A stretch of DNA of 61,507 nucleotides, the filler included. It is 4 parts of 4 records of this genome, joined end to end, with 100 filler letters (N's around TTAATTAATTAA, not from the genome) between each part and the next. Parts side by side here need not be neighbours in the genome. Positions count along the whole stretch, not along the records: positions 1 to 25,977 come from SRR20825006_2145; 3 more parts are not named here. One strand, written 5' to 3'. The notes below the pieces were generated by a model. That model was not told the DNA's origin, did no database searches, and worked only from the letters and a program-made list of their open reading frames with translations. The position numbers and the translations under genes were made by a program. Within the stretch, counting starts at the first letter, position 1; each line of letters opens with the position of its first letter. Below, in pieces: positions 8,527-18,694 of this stretch.

Positions 8527-10215
8527 ATGATCGGAAGACTGTTCTTTTCTATGTCCTTTATGGGAATGTGTATGCTATGGGCCCAAGATTCGTTGGAGGT
8601 TTCCAAAGATTCATTTCAAAGATTGAATTACGAGGCCATTTTTGACCGAGTCAAAAATGCAGGGCAAGATACCCCTCAACAGAGCCTCTACCTTAAAGCT
8701 TATCTGGACAAGGCCCGGATGGAGAATAATTATGGTGAAATGATACAAGGGTATAAAAACTATCTTCATCGATCAAAGGGAATGACTAGGTTTACTTATG
8801 CGGACAGTATGGTGCTTACAGCCAAAACCTCTGGGGATGTCCGTTTGATGGGGTCGGCCTATCTTACCAAGGGAATTTTGTTCTATAGTGAAAAAAAGTA
8901 TAAAAAGGCGCTGAATAACTACCTCCTTGCAGACCGATATGTGGCACGGTCCGATGACAACTATTTAGAATACAAACTCAAGTATAATATCGCTTTGGTC
9001 AAGTATTATACGGAACATTTTGATGAGGCCTTGGGGCTTCTCCAAGGGTGTCAGGCATATTTTAAGGGAAAGAGCACTCCAGGGTATTTGAACACACTTT
9101 TATTGCTGGGACGCTGCCATCAACGGATGAAGAACTATGGCTTGAGCAGTAAGATTAATAGATTGGGGCTCATGGAAGGCAAAAGATTGGGCTCTAATTC
9201 CTTGGCCATATATTTTGTTCAGTCCGAAGGAATCAACCATGCCATGGAAGGGAACTATTCAATGGCCATTGCTGAATTGGACAGTAGTTTTAGGGTTATC
9301 CGCAATACCAAGAACGATTTTGCCAATGTGGTCCTGAGTGCATATTACTTGGGGAAATGTTATTGGGGGGTGGGTCAAAGGGAAAAAGCTGTGGACTACT
9401 TTAAAAAGGTGGATGTGAGTTTTAGGGAGCGTAACTATATGAAAGCGGAGTTGTTGGGTACCTATAAGTACCTCACAGAGTATTTTGCTACATTGAACAA
9501 CCAAGAGCTCAGGTTTTTCTATTTGAAAAAGCACATTGAGGCTATAGATTATATGCGTTCCCAGAGCCAATATTTGGACGATACCATCAAAGATGGGTAT
9601 GATCTAAAAGGTATCCAACGTGAAAAACAACGCATTGAGCAACTTTTGGTGATAAAGGAGCGAAGGCAAAACCTGGGAATAACAGTAGTCATCGTCTTAT
9701 TTGTCCTCTTGGTATGGCTGACCTATAAATACCAACATGCCCGAAAAATATATCAGAAAAGGTTTGAGGCCATAATCAATGGTCAAGGCCCACCTCTAAA
9801 ACAAGTTGGAAAGGCACATGTCGTTCCGTCACAGCCTTTGGACATCTCCAAGGGCAAGATTGATGCGGTATTGTCCCGTTTGGAACATTTTGAAGGGAAC
9901 CGGAACTTTCTGGACCCAAAGATGTCGGTCAGTAAATTGGCCGTCATTGCCGAGGTAAATGGGAAATATCTTTCCCAGATCATTACTCATTATAAAGGGA
10001 AACGAGTCATGGAGTATATCAATGATCTGAGGGTGGACCATATCATTGATCAAATGAAGCAAGATCGGAAATTGGCCTATTACAGTAATGGTTCCCTGGC
10101 CGAAGTGGCAGGGTTCAATAGTGAACGCGCCTTTACTAATGCCTTTAAGTCACGGTTAGGGATAACTCCAATGTTCTTTATGGAGCGGTTAAAGGCCGAA
10201 GGGGTGCCGGAATAA
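8527..10215 (+). CDS. Membrane-spanning TPR sensor with C-terminal AraC-type HTH
   Basis: Signal peptide, TPR-like helices, a TM helix, then YLSQII...YINDLR and AGFNSERAFTNAFK...TP. Confidence 0.88.
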   Translation: MIGRLFFSMSFMGMCMLWAQDSLEVSKDSFQRLNYEAIFDRVKNAGQDTPQQSLYLKAYLDKARMENNYGEMIQGYKNYLHRSKGMTRFTYADSMVLTAKTSGDVRLMGSAYLTKGILFYSEKKYKKALNNYLLADRYVARSDDNYLEYKLKYNIALVKYYTEHFDEALGLLQGCQAYFKGKSTPGYLNTLLLLGRCHQRMKNYGLSSKINRLGLMEGKRLGSNSLAIYFVQSEGINHAMEGNYSMAIAELDSSFRVIRNTKNDFANVVLSAYYLGKCYWGVGQREKAVDYFKKVDVSFRERNYMKAELLGTYKYLTEYFATLNNQELRFFYLKKHIEAIDYMRSQSQYLDDTIKDGYDLKGIQREKQRIEQLLVIKERRQNLGITVVIVLFVLLVWLTYKYQHARKIYQKRFEAIINGQGPPLKQVGKAHVVPSQPLDISKGKIDAVLSRLEHFEGNRNFLDPKMSVSKLAVIAEVNGKYLSQIITHYKGKRVMEYINDLRVDHIIDQMKQDRKLAYYSNGSLAEVAGFNSERAFTNAFKSRLGITPMFFMERLKAEGVPE

Positions 10216-10293
10216 GGGCGTATCGGTTACAGAACGATTTGTTGCAACCAATACGGTAGCCGCTGGGTGCCTTGGATAAAAGTAGTGGTTTCT

Positions 10294-10380
10294 TTGGGCG
10301 TGTTCCTTTGGGGACCGGGCTTTCCGTTGCAAGGCCGTCCTTTTCAAGGACGGAGCTTTTCACTGCAATCCCCTTACGCG
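10294..10380. repeat. Intergenic structured REP-like element between convergent genes
   Basis: CCGTCCTT/AAGGACGG hairpin (10335-10353) inside GGGCTTTCCGTTGCAA...CTGCAATCCCT flanks; resembles from memory a dispersed flavobacterial repeat; single copy here. Confidence 0.4.
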
Positions 10381-10513
10381 GGGGCATGGGAAATGGGAAA
10401 GGTATGGACAGAACAGGTATGCCCAGCTCATGATTTTCTCTGCTTAATGACGTGAAAAGCCCCTCCTTTAGGGGTAAATGTTTTTTGATTGACAATCAAG
10501 TTAGTAGTTCTAT

Positions 10514-11296
10514 CTATTTTAGTTTACCTGGTGAATAGTGATTAATTATGGTTTCAATCATTTTTTTCAATTCTTCAGCAGGGTTATTTAGGCGATAATG
10601 TTCCAGTACAAAATTCATTTTAGAAACATAGACATAATGCAGTAATTCCTTTAGTTCTATAGTGTATTCTTCAGGTATAGAAGATTTAATGACGCTTTCA
10701 TGGGTATTGTGAAAAAGAATAATAAGATTACTGATATTAAGTAGTACAGAATGAAAAGAATCTTCTCTATCAAATTCTTTCGTATCATTTGCTTCCTTTG
10801 ATTTTTTATCCCTGAAATACTCAATTAAGAAGAGGTTTATTCCTTGAATGCCAATGAAATTATATTTTTTTCCGCCACTAGGAGGTATATCACTGATTCT
10901 TGTAATTAGCTTTCCTTTGTGAAAGGCAATATTGAAATTATCAAATTCATGAATGATCATGTTAATTCTTTCCTTAAATCTTTTGTACTCGAAATTATTC
11001 AAATCATCAGTTTGCTGTTTTTCAAATTGCCTTTGGACTTGTTTGTTTGCTTGGTATTGTATATAAAACGCTAAAAAAGTAAGAAGTGAAGCGGATATAG
11101 CGATTATAGGGTTGATAATTCCTCCTATGGTATCACCCAAGGAACCTAATATTATATAATCATAAGATTGCGAAATCATTGGAAGAAGTAAAACCAGGAA
11201 ACCAATTATCGCAATTGATATAAATATTAAGCTCATTCTTATACCAAGAGAATAAATTTTCTTTTCAAATAAATCTGATTGATTGTCTTTTTCCAT
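10514..11296 (-). CDS. Hypothetical two-TM protein, N-terminus resembling putative abortive-infection (putAbiC-like) proteins
   Basis: GDTIGGIINPII...TFLAFYIQ motif after the first TM helix, then a coiled-coil; 10 nt downstream of hsdR. Confidence 0.55.
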   Translation of the reverse strand: MEKDNQSDLFEKKIYSLGIRMSLIFISIAIIGFLVLLLPMISQSYDYIILGSLGDTIGGIINPIIAISASLLTFLAFYIQYQANKQVQRQFEKQQTDDLNNFEYKRFKERINMIIHEFDNFNIAFHKGKLITRISDIPPSGGKKYNFIGIQGINLFLIEYFRDKKSKEANDTKEFDREDSFHSVLLNISNLIILFHNTHESVIKSSIPEEYTIELKELLHYVYVSKMNFVLEHYRLNNPAEELKKMIETIINHYSPGKLK

Positions 11297-11306
11297 CTTT
11301 TACCGT

Positions 11307-14141
11307 TTACCCCATCCCATCAATAAAGGTTTCTACAAAGTCTTTTATCTTACCTAATATCCTGTCAGATGAGGTGGCTCTCTCCCTTAGGCTAGGCCTT
11401 TCATTCATTACGGCAATAATCTCATCCCGTAATGGTTCTTTTTCTGTAAAAAGATAATTGCTTACCAAATCAACCAACTTTTGGTAATCCAAGTTTTCTT
11501 CTTTTGCCAACTTGAGTATGGCCTTTTTCTTCTCAACCGTCCAGAAGGATTCAAATTCATTGGCCACCAGTTCCGAGTCCGTTATCAATGGTAAGTTTTC
11601 TTCTATAAATTTCTCGATCAGTTCTTTTTTGCTCCTTAATTGCGTTTCCGAGGCCAATATGTCCGAGATCGCTTTGCGCTGGTCTTCTTTTTCTTTTGGC
11701 TCTGAGTCGTGAAGTTTGGCCAACAAAGTCAAAATGTAGGTGACATTTATCTCATCCCTTCGAATCAGCTCCAATTCAAAATCGATGTCGTTCAGAATAG
11801 ATACTTTTTCCTTTTGGGTTTCTGATTTTATGGTGTCATATAGATCCAAGTACTTGCTCTTGTAGTTCTCAAAGGTTTGCTCGTCCATGCCCAAATCCTC
11901 AAAACTGAATTCGGTGAACGTGCCAAGTACATTTTTTACGCGCATCAATTCCCTAAAAGCCTTTACAAACTCCAATTCCTCAGCTTCAGAAGCCAAATCG
12001 TTCACACTATCAAAAGTGGGTGCAATGGCCTTTACACGCTCAACGGCTTCATCAAACTTTTCAATGTAATCCTCATAGGGCTGTACAATGATTTCTTCAA
12101 TAGCTTCTTTATTGGAAAATAAGGTGATGGCCTCATCAGTGGCTTCTTTTAGATTTCTAAAGGCCACAACATTTCCCTGGGATTTGATCTCGTCCAAAAT
12201 TCGGTTGGTACGGGAGTAGGCTTGGATCAAACCATGAAACTTTAAGTTTTTGTCCACGTAAATGGTATTGAGCAGTTTACTGTCAAAGCCTGTTAAAAAC
12301 ATATTCACCACCAACAAGACATCCACCTGTCTGTTCTTAACCCGCTTCCCAATATCCTTGTAGTAGGAATAAAACGCATTGGTGGAATAATTGGTTTTGA
12401 ACATCCCATTATAATCAGCTATAAACTCCTCTAATTTATCTCTGGTATGTTTTGTATCGTATTTTGATGAAGGCTCGGCTGCAAAATCATCATAATCCTC
12501 ATCCGGGATAAAGCCCTGTGCGTCCTCATCCAATTGGTTGGCTTGGTAGGAGAAGATGGTGGCTACTTTTAAATCGTGTTCCCCTGCTTCTTTTTTGACT
12601 TGGAACAGTTCATAGTATTTGATTAGCGTCTTTACATTTTGAACGCAAAAAATGGCCGTATACCGTTTGTTATGGGTTTTTCGGTTGTGATTATTGATTA
12701 TAAAATCAACATTGTTCTCCAATCGCTCCGGAGCCTCCAAAACCTCTGCGGTATTGATGTCCTCCACTTTTATATCGACAACATCATCTTTAGGTTTTAC
12801 GGTGTTCATGTACTCAATGGAAAACTTCAGTACGTTTCTATCCCGTATGGCATCGGTGATGACGTATTTATGCAAGCACTCTTCAAACAAATCTTTGGTG
12901 GTTCGTCTTCCCAACTTATTCTTCACTGAATTATCGGCAAAAATGGGAGTGCCCGTAAAACCGAACATTTGGGCATTGCCAAAGTAGCTTTTAATAGAGT
13001 TATGGGTATCGCCAAACTGGCTGCGGTGGCATTCATCAAAAATAAATACGATACGCTCGTTTTTTAGCTTATCCACTTTGGCCATGTGCTTTGGCTTGGA
13101 AATGGCCGTATTCAGTTTTTGTATGGTCGTAACAATCAGTTTCGTATCATCGGAGAGCTGCTTCACCAATGTGCCTGTATTGTTCGTGGCATCAATACTG
13201 CCCTCACTAAAGCTATTGAACTCTTTGATGGTCTGATAGTCCAAGTCCTTTCTGTCTACCACAAAGACCACCTTAAGCACATCCTCTAAATTAGTGAGGA
13301 TTTGTGCCGCTTTAAATGAGGTCAATGTTTTGCCCGATCCTGTGGTATGCCATATATAACCAAATTTATTGCTGTTTTTCACACGCTCCACAATCGCCTC
13401 CGTGGCATAATACTGATACGGTCTCAATACCATTAAAATATTGGAGGTGTTCAGCACAATGTATTTGGTGATCATCTTGGAGAGATGGCAGGGCTCCAAA
13501 AATGCTGTGGCGAAATCGCTTAATTGCGTAATGATCTTGTTCTCCCTATCCGCCCAAAAGAAGGTTTGCTTAAAGGAACGAGCTTTTACGGGATTGTTGG
13601 CAAAATACTTTGTATTTACCCCATTGCTGATGACAAAGAACTGCACGTATTGGAACAATCCACTTCCAGAACCGAACGAATGCCGCTCATATCGGTTGAT
13701 CTGATTGAAGGCCTCTTTCATTTCCAAGCCCCGTTTTTTCAGCTCTATTTGAACCAATGGCAAACCGTTGATGAGTATAGTGACATCATATCGGTTTTTG
13801 TAGGAGCCTTCCATGGTGATCTGGTGGGTGACCTGATACTGGTTTTTGCACCAATGTACTTGGTTGATTAACTCCACATACCCTGTTTTCCCATTGTCTT
13901 TGGAGTAAGTAATGCGGTCACGTAGCGTTTTGGACTTTTCAAAAATATTGCCTTTGGAGAGTTGGTTCAATATTTGTCTAAATTCTGCCTCTGAAAAGGC
14001 GGTCCGGTTATGTTTTTCCAACTGCCTTTTTAAGTTGACAACCAGCTCAGCGTCATCTTTTATACTGACTTTTGAATAGCCCAAGTCCTGTAGCTGTTCA
14101 ACAAGGTTTTCTTCTAAAATGTATTCGGGTTGGGTGGTCAT
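11307..14141 (-). CDS. hsdR: Type I restriction enzyme R subunit
   Basis: RYDVTILINGLPLVQIELK nuclease motif, HTTGSGKT, DECHR, FTGTP, MFLTGFD and QAYSRTNR. Confidence 0.97.
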   Translation of the reverse strand: MTTQPEYILEENLVEQLQDLGYSKVSIKDDAELVVNLKRQLEKHNRTAFSEAEFRQILNQLSKGNIFEKSKTLRDRITYSKDNGKTGYVELINQVHWCKNQYQVTHQITMEGSYKNRYDVTILINGLPLVQIELKKRGLEMKEAFNQINRYERHSFGSGSGLFQYVQFFVISNGVNTKYFANNPVKARSFKQTFFWADRENKIITQLSDFATAFLEPCHLSKMITKYIVLNTSNILMVLRPYQYYATEAIVERVKNSNKFGYIWHTTGSGKTLTSFKAAQILTNLEDVLKVVFVVDRKDLDYQTIKEFNSFSEGSIDATNNTGTLVKQLSDDTKLIVTTIQKLNTAISKPKHMAKVDKLKNERIVFIFDECHRSQFGDTHNSIKSYFGNAQMFGFTGTPIFADNSVKNKLGRRTTKDLFEECLHKYVITDAIRDRNVLKFSIEYMNTVKPKDDVVDIKVEDINTAEVLEAPERLENNVDFIINNHNRKTHNKRYTAIFCVQNVKTLIKYYELFQVKKEAGEHDLKVATIFSYQANQLDEDAQGFIPDEDYDDFAAEPSSKYDTKHTRDKLEEFIADYNGMFKTNYSTNAFYSYYKDIGKRVKNRQVDVLLVVNMFLTGFDSKLLNTIYVDKNLKFHGLIQAYSRTNRILDEIKSQGNVVAFRNLKEATDEAITLFSNKEAIEEIIVQPYEDYIEKFDEAVERVKAIAPTFDSVNDLASEAEELEFVKAFRELMRVKNVLGTFTEFSFEDLGMDEQTFENYKSKYLDLYDTIKSETQKEKVSILNDIDFELELIRRDEINVTYILTLLAKLHDSEPKEKEDQRKAISDILASETQLRSKKELIEKFIEENLPLITDSELVANEFESFWTVEKKKAILKLAKEENLDYQKLVDLVSNYLFTEKEPLRDEIIAVMNERPSLRERATSSDRILGKIKDFVETFIDGMG

Positions 14142-14677
14142 ATATTCTTAATACCCATGTTTCTTCTTCGTTCAAATTTTTCCAACTCAAATTGAGCCAG
14201 GGTTTTATCATTTTTTAACTCTCTTACTTTGTTAACTATTTTCATATACTCTTCAGAGGTTGTTATCTGCGTCCAAGAAATAATAGGGTTCAAGTTCAAA
14301 ATTTCTTGTATCCTTCGATCTAATGGTAAATGAGGGGGTTCAGGATAATCATCAATGCACCACTTGTATTTGAGCAAAAGATTTAAAATTTTTTGACTTA
14401 CGCCAAAATTCAAACGTCCATTATTCAAAATACCATCAAATTTTTCTGTGTAGTCTGAGATTTTTTGAATGTTTTCAAGGTGATCAGCATCCCCTTTCAT
14501 AAAACTAGCTCTGTATAAGGGTAGTATGTCCCTTTCCACAAAAGACTGGGTTTCAAGTTTAAAGACTTTTTTATTTTTATCATTAGCCAAAATAGTATAA
14601 ATGTTGGCCCGTTGGAATGCTGCTCCAAAGGTTAAAGTCCAAACCTCATTATTAATGAAGGAATCTTTTATTTTCAT
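14138..14677 (-). CDS. Hypothetical protein (GxSQKxxNLxLKYxW...HxPLD motif)
   Basis: 179-aa ORF overlapping both neighbours by ATGA. Confidence 0.7.
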   Translation of the reverse strand: MKIKDSFINNEVWTLTFGAAFQRANIYTILANDKNKKVFKLETQSFVERDILPLYRASFMKGDADHLENIQKISDYTEKFDGILNNGRLNFGVSQKILNLLLKYKWCIDDYPEPPHLPLDRRIQEILNLNPIISWTQITTSEEYMKIVNKVRELKNDKTLAQFELEKFERRRNMGIKNI

Positions 14678-16077
14678 TTTATGAATTTACCAAAATTGTA
14701 ACCGACGCTTATACCAATTGTATGTGCCTTATTTATTTCCCGCCATTGTAATTCAAAATTCACAGTTGGCTTTTCATCTTTGTCCTTTAGACTAAAAGGA
14801 ATGCCTAGCTTCCAATTTCGGTTAATAACATCACCAAACAAAGCAACTTCATAAGCGGCGCTAAGTCCAACAGTATTATTAAACGTCAAGGTAGAAATTT
14901 CACTTCTAAAAAAGCTAGTTACAAACTCATTATAATCACCTATAAAAACACTCGTAGATGTTCCTTCCACTTGATTGGTGATATTATCTTGAATGATATT
15001 TTGAAATGAAACCGCTGACTGACTATTTGCTGCAAAATTGTTAGTGTTTAAGAAAGATAGTTCACCCGTAAATTTAAAGCTCGACTTTTTTAAGAAGCAC
15101 GTATAATTTTTATTACGTAGATAATTTCCGGTTATTTTTGCGTTCCAATTATTAAAATATTCACTAGTAGTAGTCAATGTGTCTAAGGTGCTGGTAATCT
15201 GTTGCCCTTTAATAGGAATATAGAACTCAAAACTAGCCCAGGTTACACCAGCACTTGCGAATAATTGTTTAGACCTCATCATTTCAAGTTCCTTGTCTAC
15301 GATCATTTCATAAAATTCCCTGTGTTTTTGTTGCAATAGTTCATTTTTGTTCTTCTCCTGCTTAGAGGGGTCATCTTCAGCATTGGCCATGATATTTTTA
15401 AGTCTCAAATCTGATTCAAAATTTGATTTTTTATACTCCTGTATTTTTTTTGTGACTTCTTTTTTTACTATTGAATTTCTTACATATTCAATTTTCTCTA
15501 TTTTCCCTTCGTTTATGTGGCCATTGAATATATGAGTATATTTCGCTCCAATACCAATATCACTATTAAATCCATATTCGCCGTCATTTTTTGAATATAT
15601 GGAGGAAAAACCGTCATTAAGTCCCGACTTAACGTATAGGTATAGAAGGTTTCCAGTTTTTCTTAAGGGTCTTAGGGACTTCAAGGCTTTTCTTTTTTCG
15701 CTATTACGATAGAAATTATCAAATCTAAACGCTCCCCCAATGGTTAAGGTCTTATCAGATGAATTCGCGTTAATCGTATACTTACTAAAGGATAAATCGC
15801 CTGTACTATTGGCGTAATTAGTAATTAAATCGGAAAAATACTTGTTTAAAACAGCATTGTTATAATACACAGTATCTTCTTTTTTTTCAGCTTCTGATTT
15901 TAGGGAATTCATATCTGAAATATAGCCATTAAAGGTTTCAGACTGCAAATCACTTAAGGTTGAAGGTAAATATTCGATTTGATTAAGTTTAGCCACTTTT
16001 TTGTAAACTTCCTCTTGTGCTTGAACAAAAAGGCTAGTGACTAGTGTAATACATAACGTGAACAAGGTCTTATCCAT
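14674..16077 (-). CDS. Secreted or outer-membrane protein of unknown function
   Basis: Signal peptide (VQAQ) and amphipathic beta-strand-like C-terminus (GISVGYNF). Confidence 0.7.
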   Translation of the reverse strand: MDKTLFTLCITLVTSLFVQAQEEVYKKVAKLNQIEYLPSTLSDLQSETFNGYISDMNSLKSEAEKKEDTVYYNNAVLNKYFSDLITNYANSTGDLSFSKYTINANSSDKTLTIGGAFRFDNFYRNSEKRKALKSLRPLRKTGNLLYLYVKSGLNDGFSSIYSKNDGEYGFNSDIGIGAKYTHIFNGHINEGKIEKIEYVRNSIVKKEVTKKIQEYKKSNFESDLRLKNIMANAEDDPSKQEKNKNELLQQKHREFYEMIVDKELEMMRSKQLFASAGVTWASFEFYIPIKGQQITSTLDTLTTTSEYFNNWNAKITGNYLRNKNYTCFLKKSSFKFTGELSFLNTNNFAANSQSAVSFQNIIQDNITNQVEGTSTSVFIGDYNEFVTSFFRSEISTLTFNNTVGLSAAYEVALFGDVINRNWKLGIPFSLKDKDEKPTVNFELQWREINKAHTIGISVGYNFGKFIK

Positions 16078-16289
16078 AATTCTAGTTTTTGGTTAGTGAA
16101 AATGGGGGAAGACAACTAAACTCAAGTTGTAAGAGACAAGATACTATTATATACCCAAAACCTATTGTAGAAAAACCCCAGAAATTCTAGGGTTTTTGTG
16201 CATTCACATTCGCTCTTTCTATTATAAAAACCCTTGCCGAATCACCTCTTTGTAAAAGTTGGGTTTGTCCTTTCCGGTCTTTGCCACAA

Positions 16290-17471
16290 CTATTTCAATG
16301 TCGCCAAAGGTGCTTCACTAACACTACAGATCTCCAAAAGCTTCTCTTTAACAAACTCAATCAATTCCTCTCGTTGGCTGGCATTAAATAGCTTGGAACG
16401 CTCACTTACATCATCAAAATACAGTATATCCCTGTTATAAGGCCATATATTGCTTTCCCGAAAGCCCAACTGAAAGTAAGCATGTTGCCCCAAGACTTCT
16501 TTCAACGGTGCTCTTTCCACTTTTTCTTTTGTTGCTATAATACCAAATATGGATTTTTGCCAGGGCATTTTGGATTGTCCTTCCAATTTGATGGAAATAT
16601 TTTTTGGCCATTTGTCATTGGAAATAATTATTCCCTTCCAAGACTGGCTCAAATCATCGTCCGCCATTATGTTCCAGTGGTCATCCAATGTACTTTTAAG
16701 TCTTGCCACAATCTCATCCACAAACTGTTTGGTAGTTTCCAGTTCCACATCGGAGATTGCATTGCTAATGGTTTGGGCTGCATTGTAGTTTTCCTTAACA
16801 AGCTTGTGCATTTCTTTTTCCATTACATCAGATAATTGATTGGTTAGTTTCTTTAATAAAATAATGTATTGCCGTATGGACTCCCTAAGAATCGGGTCTT
16901 CTGCGGATTCCTTTAAACAGGCTTCCAGCCAGTCTATAATATCTGTTTTATACGAGAGACAATAATAATCCTTGTCCAGAACCAATTTACCTTTACTTTC
17001 TGATGAAGCATCGGAACCATTGAGCGTTAAGTAGTATACCGTGTTGTTTTCTTTGTTATGGTTACAATAGCGTTGTATCTGAACATTTTGATCGGCTGCA
17101 TAAATTTTATTCTCAATGCATATGCTGTTGACTTGGTCGGTTATGTAAATATCCACCCTGCCCCCTAATAGGTTGGCATCATTTCGTCTTCCTATATACT
17201 TTTCTAAGGTAACACTTGCTTTATCAAAACTGATGGTATCATTCCCCACGGTTTGCAGGAACAATTGTAAAAACAATTCTCCCTTTAAATGGGAACCTTT
17301 GGGGTTGAGCAATTCCCCTAAAAAAGCGGAATGTGTACCGTTCTCCTTGTGTTCCATGTTTAGGATGGAGAATACATTAAAGTTTTCACCTTTCAATCTC
17401 GACACCTCATTGTGGTGGGCAATGATTCGTTTGGCGTCCTTGACCAGTTTCTTTTCGTTGGTATACGTCAT
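16290..17471 (-). CDS. PD-(D/E)XK nuclease family protein (PDDEXK_4-like)
   Basis: HSAFLGELLNPKGSH, GRVDIYI...IENKIYAADQNVQIQRY. Confidence 0.88.
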   Translation of the reverse strand: MTYTNEKKLVKDAKRIIAHHNEVSRLKGENFNVFSILNMEHKENGTHSAFLGELLNPKGSHLKGELFLQLFLQTVGNDTISFDKASVTLEKYIGRRNDANLLGGRVDIYITDQVNSICIENKIYAADQNVQIQRYCNHNKENNTVYYLTLNGSDASSESKGKLVLDKDYYCLSYKTDIIDWLEACLKESAEDPILRESIRQYIILLKKLTNQLSDVMEKEMHKLVKENYNAAQTISNAISDVELETTKQFVDEIVARLKSTLDDHWNIMADDDLSQSWKGIIISNDKWPKNISIKLEGQSKMPWQKSIFGIIATKEKVERAPLKEVLGQHAYFQLGFRESNIWPYNRDILYFDDVSERSKLFNASQREELIEFVKEKLLEICSVSEAPLATLK

Positions 17472-17483
17472 ATTGGATGGTCA

Positions 17484-18692
17484 TTATCTAAATTTTCTAA
17501 AGGCTTGTATGGTTTGATAAATTCCGTAGCCGATTACAATTCTTCCAAATATGTCAAAAAAGTAAAACCAATTACTGAATGAATATTTTTCCCCAAACCC
17601 TTCGCCAAGAAAATCAAACCTATGCATAGGTAATAGGTAAGAACTATAAAATGGTATATTCTCATAAAGAATTTCCCAATCCAAGTTCATGGTCATTTCG
17701 TATTTGGAGGTACTGAGTATTGTGAAATAATAGAACAAGCCCCCAAAAATTAGCGTAAAAAAGGCCGCTTGGAAATAGGACATCCCAAATCTGCTGGAGA
17801 GCCAATTTAATGATAGGACAAACAAATTGGATATACAGGAAAGTATTGACTCCCCTCTTAATAATTTGGAAAGGTTTTCTTTTAAATAGGTTTCATTCTC
17901 AAGGGTTTTATACTCTATGCTGTGTACGACGTTATTTTGGGAAATATGCTCTTGTTTTAAAATTCTGAATGTTTCCCTTTTATTTTTGATGGGTATTTCA
18001 GCATTTTGAGCGATTGCCCTTTCATAAGCTTCTTCATCAAGGTTTTTGTTCAAAGACTTGAAATCCTGAACATGAAAATCAAAGATGCCCATTTCACCTG
18101 AACGAATAGCCGTGGATATATCAAAGCCCTTTTCAATTTTTGTTCCCCTTAAAAGAATGAGTTTGTCAATGAGGCAATAGGTAAAAAGCACATTCTCTTT
18201 AAAAGTTGTAGCGCTAAAAACTGTTGTCCCTAAAAATTCGGTTTTGAAGAAAATTGTTGGTGGATAAAAAATACTTCTCCAAAAATCAGCCAATTCATAA
18301 AAAGTTGTATTTCTAAAATTTGCATAGTTATAAAAATGACATTCCCGAAATCTTATTTTGCCGCTCAAATATTTATTTTCAGCATCAACAAAATTAAATT
18401 TGCAACTATTGAACTGAAGATTACTTTCAGAATCTACAAGCTCTAGTAAATACTCAAACTGGCAGTTTGAAAAAGAAAAATGTTGCTTACCATTATTAGG
18501 TGAATATCTATCCTCCCATTTTTCACTAGCTGATTCAGGTATTATTCTTTCTTCACTTATAGGTAGGGTCAATGGGAAGTTTATTGCTAAGTTTTTTACA
18601 CCAAAATAGAAATCCTCATCAACTTCAAAATAATTTTGTTTGAATAATTCCTCAAGTTCTTTCTCGCTATTGACTGGTTTTAACTCTTCCAT
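17484..18692 (-). CDS. Pentapeptide-repeat-like protein with C-terminal membrane domain
   Basis: Periodic Phe repeats (ANFRNTTFYELADFWRSIFYPPTIFFKTEF...), then TM helices ending GYGIYQTIQAFRKF. Confidence 0.75.
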   Translation of the reverse strand: MEELKPVNSEKELEELFKQNYFEVDEDFYFGVKNLAINFPLTLPISEERIIPESASEKWEDRYSPNNGKQHFSFSNCQFEYLLELVDSESNLQFNSCKFNFVDAENKYLSGKIRFRECHFYNYANFRNTTFYELADFWRSIFYPPTIFFKTEFLGTTVFSATTFKENVLFTYCLIDKLILLRGTKIEKGFDISTAIRSGEMGIFDFHVQDFKSLNKNLDEEAYERAIAQNAEIPIKNKRETFRILKQEHISQNNVVHSIEYKTLENETYLKENLSKLLRGESILSCISNLFVLSLNWLSSRFGMSYFQAAFFTLIFGGLFYYFTILSTSKYEMTMNLDWEILYENIPFYSSYLLPMHRFDFLGEGFGEKYSFSNWFYFFDIFGRIVIGYGIYQTIQAFRKFR

Positions 18693-18694
18693 TT

